NCBI RefSeq assembly: GCF_001194135.2
Contig: NC_068999.1
Span: forward strand, 4,831,140-4,888,307
Direction: 5' to 3'
Length of the DNA stretch: 57,168 nt
Origin: Octopus bimaculoides
Taxonomy: Eukaryota
Part shown: positions 1 to 12,161 of the stretch, piece after piece
Layout: each line of letters begins with the position of its first letter
Numbering within the stretch: the stretch's first letter is position 1
Position numbers and translations under genes: made by a program
Notes under the pieces: generated by a model
What the model was told of the DNA's origin: nothing
The model's database searches: none
The model's input: the letters and a program-made list of their open reading frames with translations, nothing else

Positions 1-10
1 TATATATATA

Positions 11-552
11 AATTGGAGAGTAAAAGTGGGAAAAATTATATCAGAAAAATCACAATAGAGATACGTCCATAATATAAACAACATTGTATTTATTAAATAA
101 ATACATAAAGTATAACTATGATTATTTTTTAAAAATTGAGAGATCTGACGATCGTTTCATGATTATCCTACCTTTCGAAATGAAATCCAAAGTTGATAAC
201 CATTATTAAGAAATATATCCACTGCATGTGTTATATATAGATATATACCAATAACTTTTTAAACAACACCTTTATCATACGATTTTAAATAGCATCTCTA
301 TCATTCGATTTACTAGACTGAAATTCATCCTTTTCTCTGACGAGTGGATATATTTCTTAATAATGGTTATCAACTTTGGATTTCATTTCGAAAGGTAGTG
401 TATTCATGAAACGATTGTAAGATCTCTCAACTCTTTTTAAATAATCATAGCTATACTTTATATTTTCATTTATTAATACAATATTGTTTGTGTTATGGAC
501 GTATCTCTACTGCGATTCTTATGATATAATTTTTCCTACTTTTACACTCTAA
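11..552. mobile_element. Foldback/MITE-like non-autonomous DNA element with ~210-bp imperfect terminal inverted repeats
   Basis: 11-223 is the reverse complement of 343-552. The core 168-223 vs 343-398 is a perfect 56-bp match. The 119-bp spacer is non-coding, and both ends abut (TA)n, compatible with a TA target site. Confidence 0.8.
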
Positions 553-1121
553 TATATATATGCATGTGTGTAAGGAATTTCATGAGGGCGACAGAGTTGA
601 AAGACCTTCACATAGCATCAGCAGTGAGCTAAGGAAAATCTCTCCAACTCTGCACCAAATAGAAAAACAAAAGCTTAGTTTATCGATACATTATAAATTG
701 CCCCGAATAATGCAGAAATATGTATTGATCAAAAGGCTTATCCGTCGGAGAAGACACGGTCTGCCATAGAATTAACAGAAATTGAAAGAAAGGCATTCTG
801 TTGTGGTAATTGCCCGGCAACGACAGGATACTTAGCTAGTGTGTGTGTGTATATATATGGTTATCAGATAAATTCTTTCGGGGATTTACGGGATGGACAC
901 AGCTGGAATACTTTCGGTCACCACCACCACCACCGCCACCACCACCACCACCACCACGCACATCACATTTTATTATTTTTTTTTTACAATCACTGATGAT
1001 TTGAAGTCAACTCAAGATGTATGGAACATACACACAAAAGAACGTCACAGAAGCTGTCGCTATAGGAACGGTCGTCATAGGAACAGTTACCATAGAAACA
1101 AACGACAGAACTCATTGCATA

Positions 1122-1152
<31 letters not shown>

Positions 1153-1309
1153 ACAAATAAATTGTCCAGTATTTTCTATATTGACAATTTATTTCTAGAA
1201 TTATTTTTTATTTTGCTTTTCGTCTCCCCCCGCCTCCCGCCTTCTTCCTGCTTCGTTTCGTCTTTTATTGTTTTTGGTGTCTCTGGTTTTATCCATTTAT
1301 CTTGCTGTT

Positions 1310-1480
1310 GTTGTCGTTTTTAACCCTGAGCCATAAGATATTCCAGTTGCAACCATCTCCCACTTCTGGCATTCTGGCATAGTACATGTTGGAGTATATT
1401 CGACTATCCAATGCATTCTTCCCTTTTCAAGACTTTAACGTGTAGTTTGTGGAACGATTAGCTCCTACGTCTCCTTACTC
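1310..1480 (-). mobile_element. Unclassified (CAA)-tailed SINE-like repeat (family D), degenerate copy
   Basis: Shares the 'gttgttt..taacc...attcca...accatc...tatccaat' blocks with copies at 7300, 35935, 42170, 42326, 42740 and 48975. Confidence 0.45.
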
Positions 1481-1527
1481 AAATAAACACAAACACTCTT
1501 GTTCATGTGTTGTTGTTGTTGCTGTAG

Positions 1528-1910
1528 TGTGGAGGCGCAATGGCCCAGTGGTTAGGGCAGTGGACTCGAGGTCGTAGGATCGCGGTTTCGATTCCCAGAC
1601 CGGGCGTTGTGAGTGTTTATTGAGCGAAAACACCGAAAGCTCCACGAGGCTCTGGCAGGGGATGGTGGCGAACCCTACTGGACTCTTTCACCACAACTTT
1701 CTATCACTCTATCTTCCTGTTTCTGTTGTATCTGTATTTCAAGGGGCCAGCCTTGTCACACTCTGTGTCACGCTGAATATCCCCGAGAACTACGTTAAGG
1801 GTACACGTGTCTGTGGAGTGCTCAGCCACTTGCACGTTAGTTTCACGAGCAGGCTGTTCCGTTGATCTGATCAACTAGAACCCTCGTCGTCGTAACCGAC
1901 GGAGTACCAA
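1528..1910 (+). mobile_element. tRNA-derived SINE (family B, octopus OR-like), full length
   Basis: A-box TGGCCCAGTGG and B-box GGTTTCGATTCCC. Body matches copies at 19538-19710 and 54937-55226. Sits in a (GTT)/(GCT) microsatellite. Confidence 0.85.
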
Positions 1911-2023
1911 GTTGTTGCTGCTGCTGCTGCTGCTGCTGGTGAAAGAATTTGTGACTCCGTAGTTAGATTTGTGTGATGGAGAGGGGTGAGGCTTGTGTTA
2001 GTATTTTATATAAGGTTTATATT

Positions 2024-2211
2024 AAGGCAGCGATCTGGCAGAACCGTTAGCACGCCGGGCAAAAATGCTTAGCGGCATTTCGTCCGTCTTTACGTTCTGA
2101 GTTCAAATTTCTCTGGTGTTTATTTTCGGGGTCGATAAAATAAGTACTAGTCGAACACCGAGGGTTGCCCCTCTCCCGAAATTACTGGCCTTGTGTCAAA
2201 ATTTGAAGCCA
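2024..2211 (+). mobile_element. tRNA-derived SINE (family A) with 13-bp target-site duplication
   Basis: Head GGCAGCGATCTGGCAGAACCGTTAGC, B-box GAGTTCAAAT, body TCGGGGTCGATAAAATAAGTAC. TSD ATATAAGGTTTAT at 2008-2020 and 2212-2224. Confidence 0.85.
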
Positions 2212-2284
2212 ATATAAGGTTTATTATAGTGTTTAATGTTTAGTGTTCAATGTTCGCCATTTTGTGTTTAGTGTTTAAAACAGA

Positions 2285-2350
2285 GTGAGACTGAACCCGG
2301 AACCATGTGGTTGGTAAGCAAGCTACTTACCACACAGCTACACCTGCGCC

Positions 2351-2353
<3 letters not shown>
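2285..2353 (-). mobile_element. SINE family C (CORE-like) tRNA head fragment
   Basis: Matches the head of the copy at 43067-43398. Confidence 0.7.
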
Positions 2354-2410
<57 letters not shown>

Positions 2411-2818
2411 CGTACATAGACTCACATATACATACAGTCACACATACACACACAAACAGATTTATTTTCTAATGGACGAATGTAAAGCCGCATTATTTTA
2501 CACAGTTATATTCCATGGATGCAGTTATGGTTGGCCGTGGTGGTGGTGGTGGGAGTAGTGAATGGTTGTGCTGCTGTTATTGTTGCTACTGATGATGATA
2601 ATGGTCGACTTTAACGGCCATTTTCAAGCGGAATTTTACTAAAGGAAACATTTTTCTTTTTCCTCTGCCACGTTTTTTTTATATTTCTCTCTCTCTCTCC
2701 CATTTCTTTCACTTACCCTAACCCTACCTATCTTTCTCCCCTTTGATTTACTCTCTCTCCCTGTCTTTTTCACCTTATATATCTCTAGCTAGCTAGCTGT
2801 GTGTGTGTGTGTGTGTGT

Positions 2819-2862
<44 letters not shown>

Positions 2863-2899
2863 ATAATATCATAGACACATACAGACAGATTTCTGTCAC

Positions 2900-2989
2900 G
2901 CTATGTCTCTCTTTCTCTCCTCTCTCCCTTTCTTTTGCTCTTTCTCTCCTAGCTCTTTCTCTCTTTCCTGCTCCTTTCCTTCCCTCTTG

Positions 2990-3025
<36 letters not shown>

Positions 3026-3104
3026 CCTTCCTCTTCCTCTCTCTCTCCATCTATCTCTCTTTCTGCCACTTCCTATCTTGCTTCCATTCTCTCTCCTCTC
3101 TCTC

Positions 3105-3144
<40 letters not shown>

Positions 3145-3230
3145 CTTCCTATCTTACTTCCATTCTCCCTCCTTTCTCTCCCCTCTCTCTCTCCTTCTCC
3201 CTCTCCCTCCCCCTCTTTCCCTCTTTCCTT
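2900..3230. repeat. (CT)n-rich polypyrimidine tract
   Basis: Direct reading. Confidence 0.9.
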
Positions 3231-3543
3231 GAAGCCATCAGGTAGAAGTGAACAAATTGCATAATGATTTCTTCATTCCAATAATAATAATAACTCCTGG
3301 TTTTGTTTTTGTTGTTGCTTCTGCTGCTGCTGATGTTGCTGCTGGTGCTTCTACTAATGTTGTTGTTGTTATTATTATTATTATTATTGTTGTTGTTCCA
3401 GCTCTTGATGTTGCTGTTGTCAATGTTATTGTTGCTGTCTTATGATGATTGCCACGCTAAATGGGAACAATTGAGCATGAAGTTCTCAAACGGAAAACGT
3501 GTGAAACACTTTTTATGATAATGTAATATTGAGAGAGGAAATA

Positions 3544-3544
<1 letters not shown>

Positions 3545-3637
<93 letters not shown>

Positions 3638-3645
3638 GGTGGTAA
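3545..3645. repeat. Compound (GTA)n-(GTG)n microsatellite
   Basis: Direct reading. Confidence 0.95.
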
Positions 3646-4077
3646 TCTAATATCAATAATAATAGTAATAATAATAATCTATGTAAAAATTGAAAAATAA
3701 ACCGGAAATCAGGTTAGTAAAGATTTTATAGATATTTGCATAGATAGCAGCCATTTTTGAAGTTGTATTTAACGTTTAGATGTTTAGCCGGTTGAGTTTT
3801 CGTCTGTTTAGTTTTTGGTGTTTAAATGTTTGCAGTTTGGTATTTCGTGTTTAGTGTTTTGCGTTTACTATTAAATGTATATATTGCTTTGTGTTTAGTG
3901 ACGTGTTTAGCGTTTATTCTTTATTTAGCTTTTCCTTTTTTTGTCTTGCGTTTAGCTTTAGCGTTTTGAGTTCCATGTCCGTTGCTTTGTGTTTAAGCTT
4001 CCTGCGTAGTTTTTTTTTATTATTCTTAGTCGTATTCTTTATTGTTATATTTACTATCTATTTAGTATCAGAGTCTT

Positions 4078-4278
4078 CAGCATGAGCTGGCAGAATCGTT
4101 AGCACGCGGGGCGCAATGCTCAACGGCGTTTCGTCTATCTTTACGTTCTGAGTTCAAATTCTGCCTTTCATCCTTTCAGGGTTGGTAAAATAAGTACCAG
4201 TTGAATACTGGGATCGATGTAATCGACCTACCCTGGCCCCCCGGAATTGCTTGCCTTGTGCTAGAATTTGATACAATA
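4078..4278 (+). mobile_element. SINE family A copy
   Basis: GAGCTGGCAGAATCGTTAGCAC...GAGTTCAAATT...CTTTCATCCTTT...AAATAAGTACCAG. Confidence 0.85.
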
Positions 4279-5228
4279 TCTAAAAGGGAACGGTTTGTTA
4301 TTCAATACCTAAGGGGCTTAGTTGAATGATAAATATTTAGGCGCTTTTAAGTCATTGCTGTCAGCGGCTGTAGACATTGTTGTCATTGATGTTATTGTTG
4401 TTGTAGGTTGTTGTTTACACTTTGGTCAAATTCGAACCAGCAAAAATATAATCCCAAAGATTTCTGCTGTGACCAGCCCGTGGTGGTGAAAGAGGTGGTA
4501 TGGTGGTGNNNNNNNNNNNNNNNNNNNNNNNNNNNNNNNNNNNNNNNNNNNNNNNNNNNNNNNNNNNNNNNNNNNNNNNNNNNNNNNNNNNNNNNNNNNN
4601 NNNNNNNNNNNNNNNNNNNNNNNNNNNNNNNNNNNNNNNNNNNNNNNNNNNNNNNNNNNNNNNNNNNNNNNNNNNNNNNNNNNNNNNNNNNNNNNNNNNN
4701 NNNNNNNNNNNNNNNNNNNNNNNNNNNNNNNNNNNNNNNNNNNNNNNNNNNNNNNNNNNNNNNNNNNNNNNNNNNNNNNNNNNNNNNNNNNNNNNNNNNN
4801 NNNNNNNNNNNNNNNNNNNNNNNNNNNNNNNNNNNNNNNNNNNNNNNNNNNNNNNNNNNNNNNNNNNNNNNNNNNNNNNNNNNNNNNNNNNNNNNNNNNN
4901 NNNNNNNNNNNNNNNNNNNNNNNNNNNNNNNNNNNNNNNNNNNNNNNNNNNNNNNNNNNNNNNNNNNNNNNNNNNNNNNNNNNNNNNNNNNNNNNNNNNN
5001 NNNNNNNNNNNNNNNNNNNNNNNNNNNNNNNNNNNNNNNNNNNNNNNNNNNNNNNNNNNNNNNNNNNNNNNNNNNNNNNNNNNNNNNNNNNNNNNNNNNN
5101 NNNNNNNNNNNNNNNNNNNNNNNNNNNNNNNNNNNNNNNNNNNNNNNNNNNNNNNNNNNNNNNNNNNNNNNNNNNNNNNNNNNNNNNNNNNNNNNNNNNN
5201 NNNNNNNNNNNNNNNNNNNNNNNGTGTG

Positions 5229-5283
<55 letters not shown>

Positions 5284-5782
5284 ATCGGTAACGGCCTGAG
5301 ATACGATTATAGAACGCAAAAGTCTGAAAGGTTAGTTTTACTGATGATGTATATCAGTTTCACTCATTCCTACATGACAACGTTTTGTGAGCACGCAGAA
5401 AACATCCGTCTCATCAGATGGGATGGACGTGTCCAGCGCGTCCACGAAAGTTTAAGTCATGTGGAACTGAGTCAAACTTTTATTTAATACATATGCAACA
5501 CCCACCAAAAATGTGTTGAGTACCACTTGCATGTGTCTGTCCATTCATTTGTGTGTGTGTATGAGTGTGTGTGTTTATATATGTGTGTGTGTATTGAACA
5601 GTGAAAGTGAGTGCTCAACACAGCATTGGATAAACATTCTCTATTTGTGGGTTGACAAGTCTATTTTTTATTTGTTATTGGTGAATCAACAAAAGGGAAA
5701 CAAAGACCAACGTTCCAATGTGGCAAGGTTGATAACTCTTTATTGTGATTCCTCTCTGCCTGAAAACATTGGTAACCTTGTT

Positions 5783-5826
<44 letters not shown>

Positions 5827-6719
5827 NNNNNNNNNNNNNNNNNNNNNNNNNNNNNNNNNNNNNNNNNNNNNNNNNNNNNNNNNNNNNNNNNNNNNNNNNN
5901 NNNNNNNNNNNNNNNNNNNNNNNNNNNNNNNNNNNNNNNNNNNNNNNNNNNNNNNNNNNNNNNNNNNNNNNNNNNNNNNNNNNNNNNNNNNNNNNNNNNN
6001 NNNNNNNNNNNNNNNNNNNNNNNNNNNNNNNNNNNNNNNNNNNNNNNNNNNNNNNNNNNNNNNNNNNNNNNNNNNNNNNNNNNNNNNNNNNNNNNNNNNN
6101 NNNNNNNNNNNNNNNNNNNNNNNNNNNNNNNNNNNNNNNNNNNNNNNNNNNNNNNNNNNNNNNNNNNNNNNNNNNNNNNNNNNNNNNNNNNNNNNNNNNN
6201 NNNNNNNNNNNNNNNNNNNNNNNNNNNNNNNNNNNNNNNNNNNNNNNNNNNNNNNNNNNNNNNNNNNNNNNNNNNNNNNNNNNNNNNNNNNNNNNNNNNN
6301 NNNNNNNNNNNNNNNNNNNNNNNNNNNNNNNNNNNNNNNNNNNNNNNNNNNNNNNNNNNNNNNNNNNNNNNNNNNNNNNNNNNNNNNNNNNNNNNNNNNN
6401 NNNNNNNNNNNNNNNNNNNNNNNNNNNNNNNNNNNNNNNNNNNNNNNNNNNNNNNNNNNNNNNNNNNNNNNNNNNNNNNNNNNNNNNNNNNNNNNNNNNN
6501 NNNNNNNNNNNNNNNNNNNNNNNNNNNNNNNNNNNNNNNNNNNNNNNNNNNNNNNNNNNNNNNNNNNNNNNNNNNNNNNNNNNNNNNNNNNNNNNNNNNN
6601 NNNNNNNNNNNNNNNNNNNNNNNNNNNNNNNNNNNNNNNNNNNNNNNNNNNNNNNNNNNNNNNNATATACGCATATATATATATGCGTGTATATGTGTAT
6701 GAGAAACTAAGCATATATA

Positions 6720-6756
<37 letters not shown>

Positions 6757-6855
6757 ATGTATGTATGTATATATGTATGTATGTATATAAATGTATCTCT
6801 CCCACTTTCTCTTCCCTGTGTATGTGTGGTGTGTGAATATACATACACAAACACG

Positions 6856-6897
<42 letters not shown>

Positions 6898-6948
6898 TAT
6901 GTATGTATATAGATATATGAATGTGTGTATTTATGTATTATGTGATGT

Positions 6949-6983
<35 letters not shown>

Positions 6984-7299
6984 TATATACATAATTGTGT
7001 ATGTAGCAACAACAATATTAGCAACAACAAAAACGACATTGACAACAACATAAGTAGCAATGTCAACCACCACCACCACCACACCAACCCTCTCACCTCC
7101 ACCACCACCACCACCACCACCACCACACCAACCCTCTCACCCACACCACCAAATGAATCTATTCAAAATGGCCGACCAATTATTTTTTTTCCCCTTAAAC
7201 CGCCATTATTCCCTTCTGCTCCACTGGATTATATTAAGTTCAGATTGTAAAGTCAGTGATAGAATATGACAGTAACTTTGTAACAAAGATGGAATTATG

Positions 7300-7400
7300 C
7301 TGTTGCTGTTTTTGGCGTTTAGCCCTTGGTTTATCCCAATCCAGGAGACCTATGATCAAAGACATTCCAATCATGACCATTTCGTGATTTCTAGGGTTAT
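7300..7400 (-). mobile_element. Family D SINE-like 3' fragment
   Basis: 'gacctatgatcaaagacattccaatcatgaccat' block shared with other family D copies. Confidence 0.5.
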
Positions 7401-7417
7401 CTTGGACTACAGCATAC

Positions 7418-7660
7418 ATCTTCATCATCGTCGTTTAACGCCCGTCTTCCATGCTGGCATGGGTCGGGCGGTTTGACAGGAGCTGACAGAAACTCTGTTT
7501 GGTATGGTTCTACGGCTGGACAGCCTTCCTAACACCAACCATTTTACAGAATATACTGGGTGATTTTGTGTGGCACCAGCATAAGAACTTTCTACGAGGC
7601 ACCAGCACGAGTGCTTTTACATGGCACCGGCACAACTTCTTTTTACGTGGCACCGGAGTG
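7418..7660 (-). mobile_element. Retroposon 3' end, probably an RTE-associated SINE/LINE tail, with (GAT)n tail
   Basis: The minus strand reads TTGGTGTTAGGAAGGCTGTCCAGCCGTAGAA...CATGGAAGACGGGCGTTAAACGACGATGATGA, resembling recalled RTE-type 3' tails. Short GGCACC(A/G)GCA repeats lie upstream. Confidence 0.5.
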
Positions 7661-7689
7661 TCTAAAGAGGAATTTAATCTGCAAGAAAT

Positions 7690-8283
7690 ATGTCATAACC
7701 TTCCTCGAATTACACTATTGGTTCTTTAAGACAATGTAGTCCAAAGTACGCAGAGTGAAGTCGCTTGGCAGGTAGTGACCTTGAACTTTGTCACACAGGC
7801 ACACCAAATTATGACGTTCTTGCTCACTTTTGTTGCTTATAACAGTGCTTGGAAGTAAAGTGTGTAGAGTGCGGTCGTCTCAAAAGACGTTCGTGTTTCG
7901 GCTGCGCAAGATCTTGATCGTGTCAAGGAAGACAAAAACATTTTGGAAACGGTCATAACAGGTAACGAAGCGTGGGTCTGTGGCTATTACCCCAAAACAA
8001 AGGTTCAGTTTTCGCAGTGGAAGACTCCGACAAGATTTCGTGATGTCGAGGAAATCCGAGAGACTCCGACGAGACAGCTGCTCGCCATTCCCCAAAAAGG
8101 AATTCCAGTGATATTGCCATCATTGAAACAATGTGGTTCCGATTGATGGAAGCATTCCTGGGAATAAAGTGTGTGGTTTCGGAAGGGGACAACTTCGATG
8201 GAGATTAAATGCCGAATTGGCGTGTGTTGTAGTTGTTTTTTTTTTATTATATGAGTCCCCAGTACTTTTTAATCAGACCACGT
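7690..8283 (+). mobile_element. Internally deleted mariner (DD34D) derivative
   Basis: Reads ILETVITGNEAWVCGYYPKTKVQFSQWKTP (mariner ITGDETW...QSSQW block) joined directly to RFRDVEEI and a C-terminal ...SEGDNFDGD*. A mariner-like right TIR lies at ~8256-8283. The left end is not resolved. Confidence 0.75.
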
Positions 8284-8465
8284 TTGTGTTAGTCTGTTGG
8301 ATCTTGAGCTACAATAAACCTATACAACATTAACAATAACAACAGCAATAATCATCGACTAAAACTACATTATCTTCAAAAGAAAACAAAAACTTCTACA
8401 ATAATTTTTTAGAATGAAACGATAGAAATTTTTTAGAAACTCCACAATTGAAACACAGAACTTAC

Positions 8466-8597
8466 CTAAGACTTTGGCCAGTAACTTCATCTTCAAATGT
8501 TTCTGAAATATTGTGATTTTGATGTCGGCCTTTCAAAAGGAAATGCTGTTCTGGTTCCTTTAATTCTTTGCTCAAAGCTTTAAGGATTTCACTTTAT
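8466..8597 (-). other. Candidate 132-bp spliced exon (5' UTR plus possible start codon, MKLLAKVL/G)
   Basis: Minus strand: branch CTAAT, polypyrimidine tract and CAG acceptor at 8598, and TAG|GTAAGT donor at 8465. All three frames from the acceptor are closed. The only ATG is at 8490-8488. Confidence 0.5.
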
Positions 8598-8928
8598 CTG
8601 CAAAATAGAAAATATTAGGGTTTTTTTAATTATTTTTTTGCTTTGTTTCTTGGTTTTTAATTAAGAAGAAAGAAGGATATTACTTAGGGAATGGTGAATC
8701 TGGAAATTTCTGGAAGTGTGGAGTGTGTTTTATTGCACAGGGAATTCCAGTGAGTGTGTATACATGTGTGTGTGTGTGTGTGTGCCTGGAGAGAAAGAAA
8801 GCGAGAGAAAATGAGAGAGCGGCAGAAAGACGAGAAGGAGAGATGTATATACACACATGTAGTCAGACATGTATTTATCCATACTTATGTGTGCGTGCGT
8901 GTATGAGTGTGTGTGTGTATGTGTGTGT

Positions 8929-8975
<47 letters not shown>

Positions 8976-9866
8976 CACACATACAGATACATACATATAC
9001 ACACACAAACATATACATAACTACCTATCTATAAACATATACACAGAGGAGGATGACTGGGCCGATATATATATATATATANNNNNNNNNNNNNNNNNNN
9101 NNNNNNNNNNNNNNNNNNNNNNNNNNNNNNNNNNNNNNNNNNNNNNNNNNNNNNNNNNNNNNNNNNNNNNNNNNNNNNNNNNNNNNNNNNNNNNNNNNNN
9201 NNNNNNNNNNNNNNNNNNNNNNNNNNNNNNNNNNNNNNNNNNNNNNNNNNNNNNNNNNNNNNNNNNNNNNNNNNNNNNNNNNNNNNNNNNNNNNNNNNNN
9301 NNNNNNNNNNNNNNNNNNNNNNNNNNNNNNNNNNNNNNNNNNNNNNNNNNNNNNNNNNNNNNNNNNNNNNNNNNNNNNNNNNNNNNNNNNNNNNNNNNNN
9401 NNNNNNNNNNNNNNNNNNNNNNNNNNNNNNNNNNNNNNNNNNNNNNNNNNNNNNNNNNNNNNNNNNNNNNNNNNNNNNNNNNNNNNNNNNNNNNNNNNNN
9501 NNNNNNNNNNNNNNNNNNNNNNNNNNNNNNNNNNNNNNNNNNNNNNNNNNNNNNNNNNNNNNNNNNNNNNNNNNNNNNNNNNNNNNNNNNNNNNNNNNNN
9601 NNNNNNNNNNNNNNNNNNNNNNNNNNNNNNNNNNNNNNNNNNNNNNNNNNNNNNNNNNNNNNNNNNNNNNNNNNNNNNNNNNNNNNNNNNNNNNNNNNNN
9701 NNNNNNNNNNNNNNNNNNNNNNNNNNNNNNNNNNNNNNNNNNNNNNNNNNNNNNNNNNNNNNNNNNNNNNNNNNNNNNNNNNNNNNNNNNNNNNNNNNNN
9801 NNNNNNNNNNNNNNNNNNNNNNNNNNNNNNNNNNNNNNNNNNNNNNNNNNNNNNNNNNNNNNNNNN

Positions 9867-9944
<78 letters not shown>

Positions 9945-10083
9945 CACACATACACACACTCATTTTACACTGCGAAACGTTCCCTTTATTAACTGGGGAT
10001 CAGAACAAATTCGACACGTTGATTTAAAGATAGATATCCGTCAGTTTCGGCGATGATTATTCCAGTCATATGCGCGCGCGCGC

Positions 10084-10757
10084 ACTTCGTCGCATCTCGA
10101 ATGTTATGCTTCTGCAACCCAAGAATAAGAGTTGGCCTCTGAAATCTCTAATGAACCATCAACACAATGAAGTCCCCAAACTCTAAGATGCAGCAGTAAA
10201 TGTCGATTCTGGGTCCATCCATCCAAGAATGTCATCGAGGCCTCACCTCCCATTGCGACATGACCACATGACCACTATACACAACACTATCCGAAGAGAA
10301 CAATCAATATACGAAACCATCCACAGAAAATAATATGAATATAAAAATATAAACACCTCTGGTAGGGAACACACACATATTAGCACAAAGAATATTGGTG
10401 GAAAATTCCCATCAAAACTTCTATCAAATGTAAATATAAAAGACCTGACATGTAGAGTCATAGAAGTTAGTCGCCCTCCAGGTGTGAACATCTCATATAA
10501 AATCAGCGAGAAAGAGAGTATCTGTGGACAACTGCTTCGAAACCTGCATCTCCTTTAACCTGATTATAAATTCACTTTTACAGTAATAAGTGTTGGCGGC
10601 TTTGGTTATGCTGTTGAATGTTTGAGTGACGACGATTAGGAAAGCTAAGATTTTCAAGCAAAGAAAGAGATCGTCGACTAACATGAATTTTATAAATACG
10701 ATTTGTTAATGGAACAGTAAAAATATGAATGTTTTCTAAAGTTCAACCTGTAACGAT
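10084..10757 (+). pseudogene. RLE-type (R4/Dong-like) non-LTR retrotransposon 3' fragment: Zn knuckle and endonuclease
   Basis: Frameshifted peptides HLECYASATQE*E, RCSSKCRF, PRMSSRPHLPLRHD and CRVIEVSRPPGVNISYKISEKESICGQLLRNLHLL*PDYKFTF. Homologous to 55330-56375. Confidence 0.75.
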
Positions 10758-10959
10758 TATTGTTGTTGTTAATCAATTTCTGCGATGGAACTTTAGTTTC
10801 TTCGCTAGAAATCAACACCTTTCTTCTAGGAAGAATTCTAAGAAATAGAAGAGAAAAGGAACCGTACATACGTACGTATCTACGTATACATATACGTACG
10901 TACGTACGAGCATATATATGTATGTACACGAAAGAGTCACCCACATAATATGTAGTCAG

Positions 10960-11490
10960 AAAATGTGATCGCAATAGCAACTATCTGGAAAACAAGATGT
11001 CGTGGCCAGAACATTCTACAATGCAACCGGTAGAAAGGAGAGCCCTGAAGATAAAAAGCAATGTAATAAGTTACAATGATGTGGATGGCATTAAAGTCTC
11101 AGAATATGAAAGAATACCGATGGATTGTTCCTGTCAAGGACTTAGTGGACATGTTGGAACAACAGGCCAGACATAATGACCTGGGAGAGAGAAAAGAAAT
11201 TACACGAGTGTTTGAAATCAGTTGCCCATCAGACGTTAACATAATATTAAAGATTAATGATTAAAGAAAAAAAAACATTTAAAATATGGTGGATTAAAGA
11301 CAAATCTGTAGTTATTCCAACCGAAAAAGAATTTTAAGATTTATAGCTGTAATTATTGGGGCATCTCAACACCAATCTTGAAAAACTGAGATTCGTAAAA
11401 TTAAAAAAAGAACTCGGCTAATTACGAAATTGTAATTACATGTCATTAATGGAACTGTGAAAATATGTAGAGCATTCTAGAACTTTATCA
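10960..11490 (+). pseudogene. Second, more diverged RLE retrotransposon 3' fragment
   Basis: DVVARTFYNA, VFEISCPSDVNIILKIN, FIAVIIGA and C-terminal KLQLHVINGTVKICRAF. Confidence 0.7.
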
Positions 11491-11597
11491 TACAATAAGT
11501 ATACACACACACACGTATAGATATATGTAATATATACACATATATAAATCCTACTATACAGATACGCATGTGTAATGACATCCATATTTGCACACAT

Positions 11598-11642
<45 letters not shown>

Positions 11643-11720
11643 ACATAATTACATACATAAATTTATACAAGAATACATGCAATGAATACATATTTGCACA
11701 CACACACACACACACACATA

Positions 11721-11775
<55 letters not shown>

Positions 11776-12114
11776 GTACTTAAATGCATGCATTCACGGT
11801 GAAAGGCTATGACATCCATATTTGTACATGTACATACGTATGTACATATATATATATATACGTACACAAACATATTCATGTATAAATACCTGCATACATG
11901 TTTGTCACTATTTGTTTATATACTTTAACTAAACAGTCTACCTCACTCTCTGTTTCTCCCTCTCTCCCCTTGTATATATGTGTGTATATACATAAATGTA
12001 TGTGTGTGTGTGTGTGAGTTTCTCCATCTTCCTTCTCGTCAAATTATGTAGGGTGTTCAACCGAAACTGTTTTTCTCCGCTTCCTCCACCCCTCACTCTT
12101 TTCCCGCCACTTTA

Positions 12115-12161
<47 letters not shown>

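Noticed and set aside
560-800. Minus-strand acceptors at ~650 and ~760 as the next exon after 8466
   Set aside because: Phase-1 joining gives stops within 7-10 codons and no recognisable peptide.
1528-1590. SINE heads as tRNA genes (also 43330-43398 and 54940-54975)
   Set aside because: A and B boxes are present, but there is no complete cloverleaf and each continues into a SINE body.
5370-5430. Minus-strand CTGATGA with nearby AAAAC...GTC
   Set aside because: No GAAA in the right position and no clean stem II.
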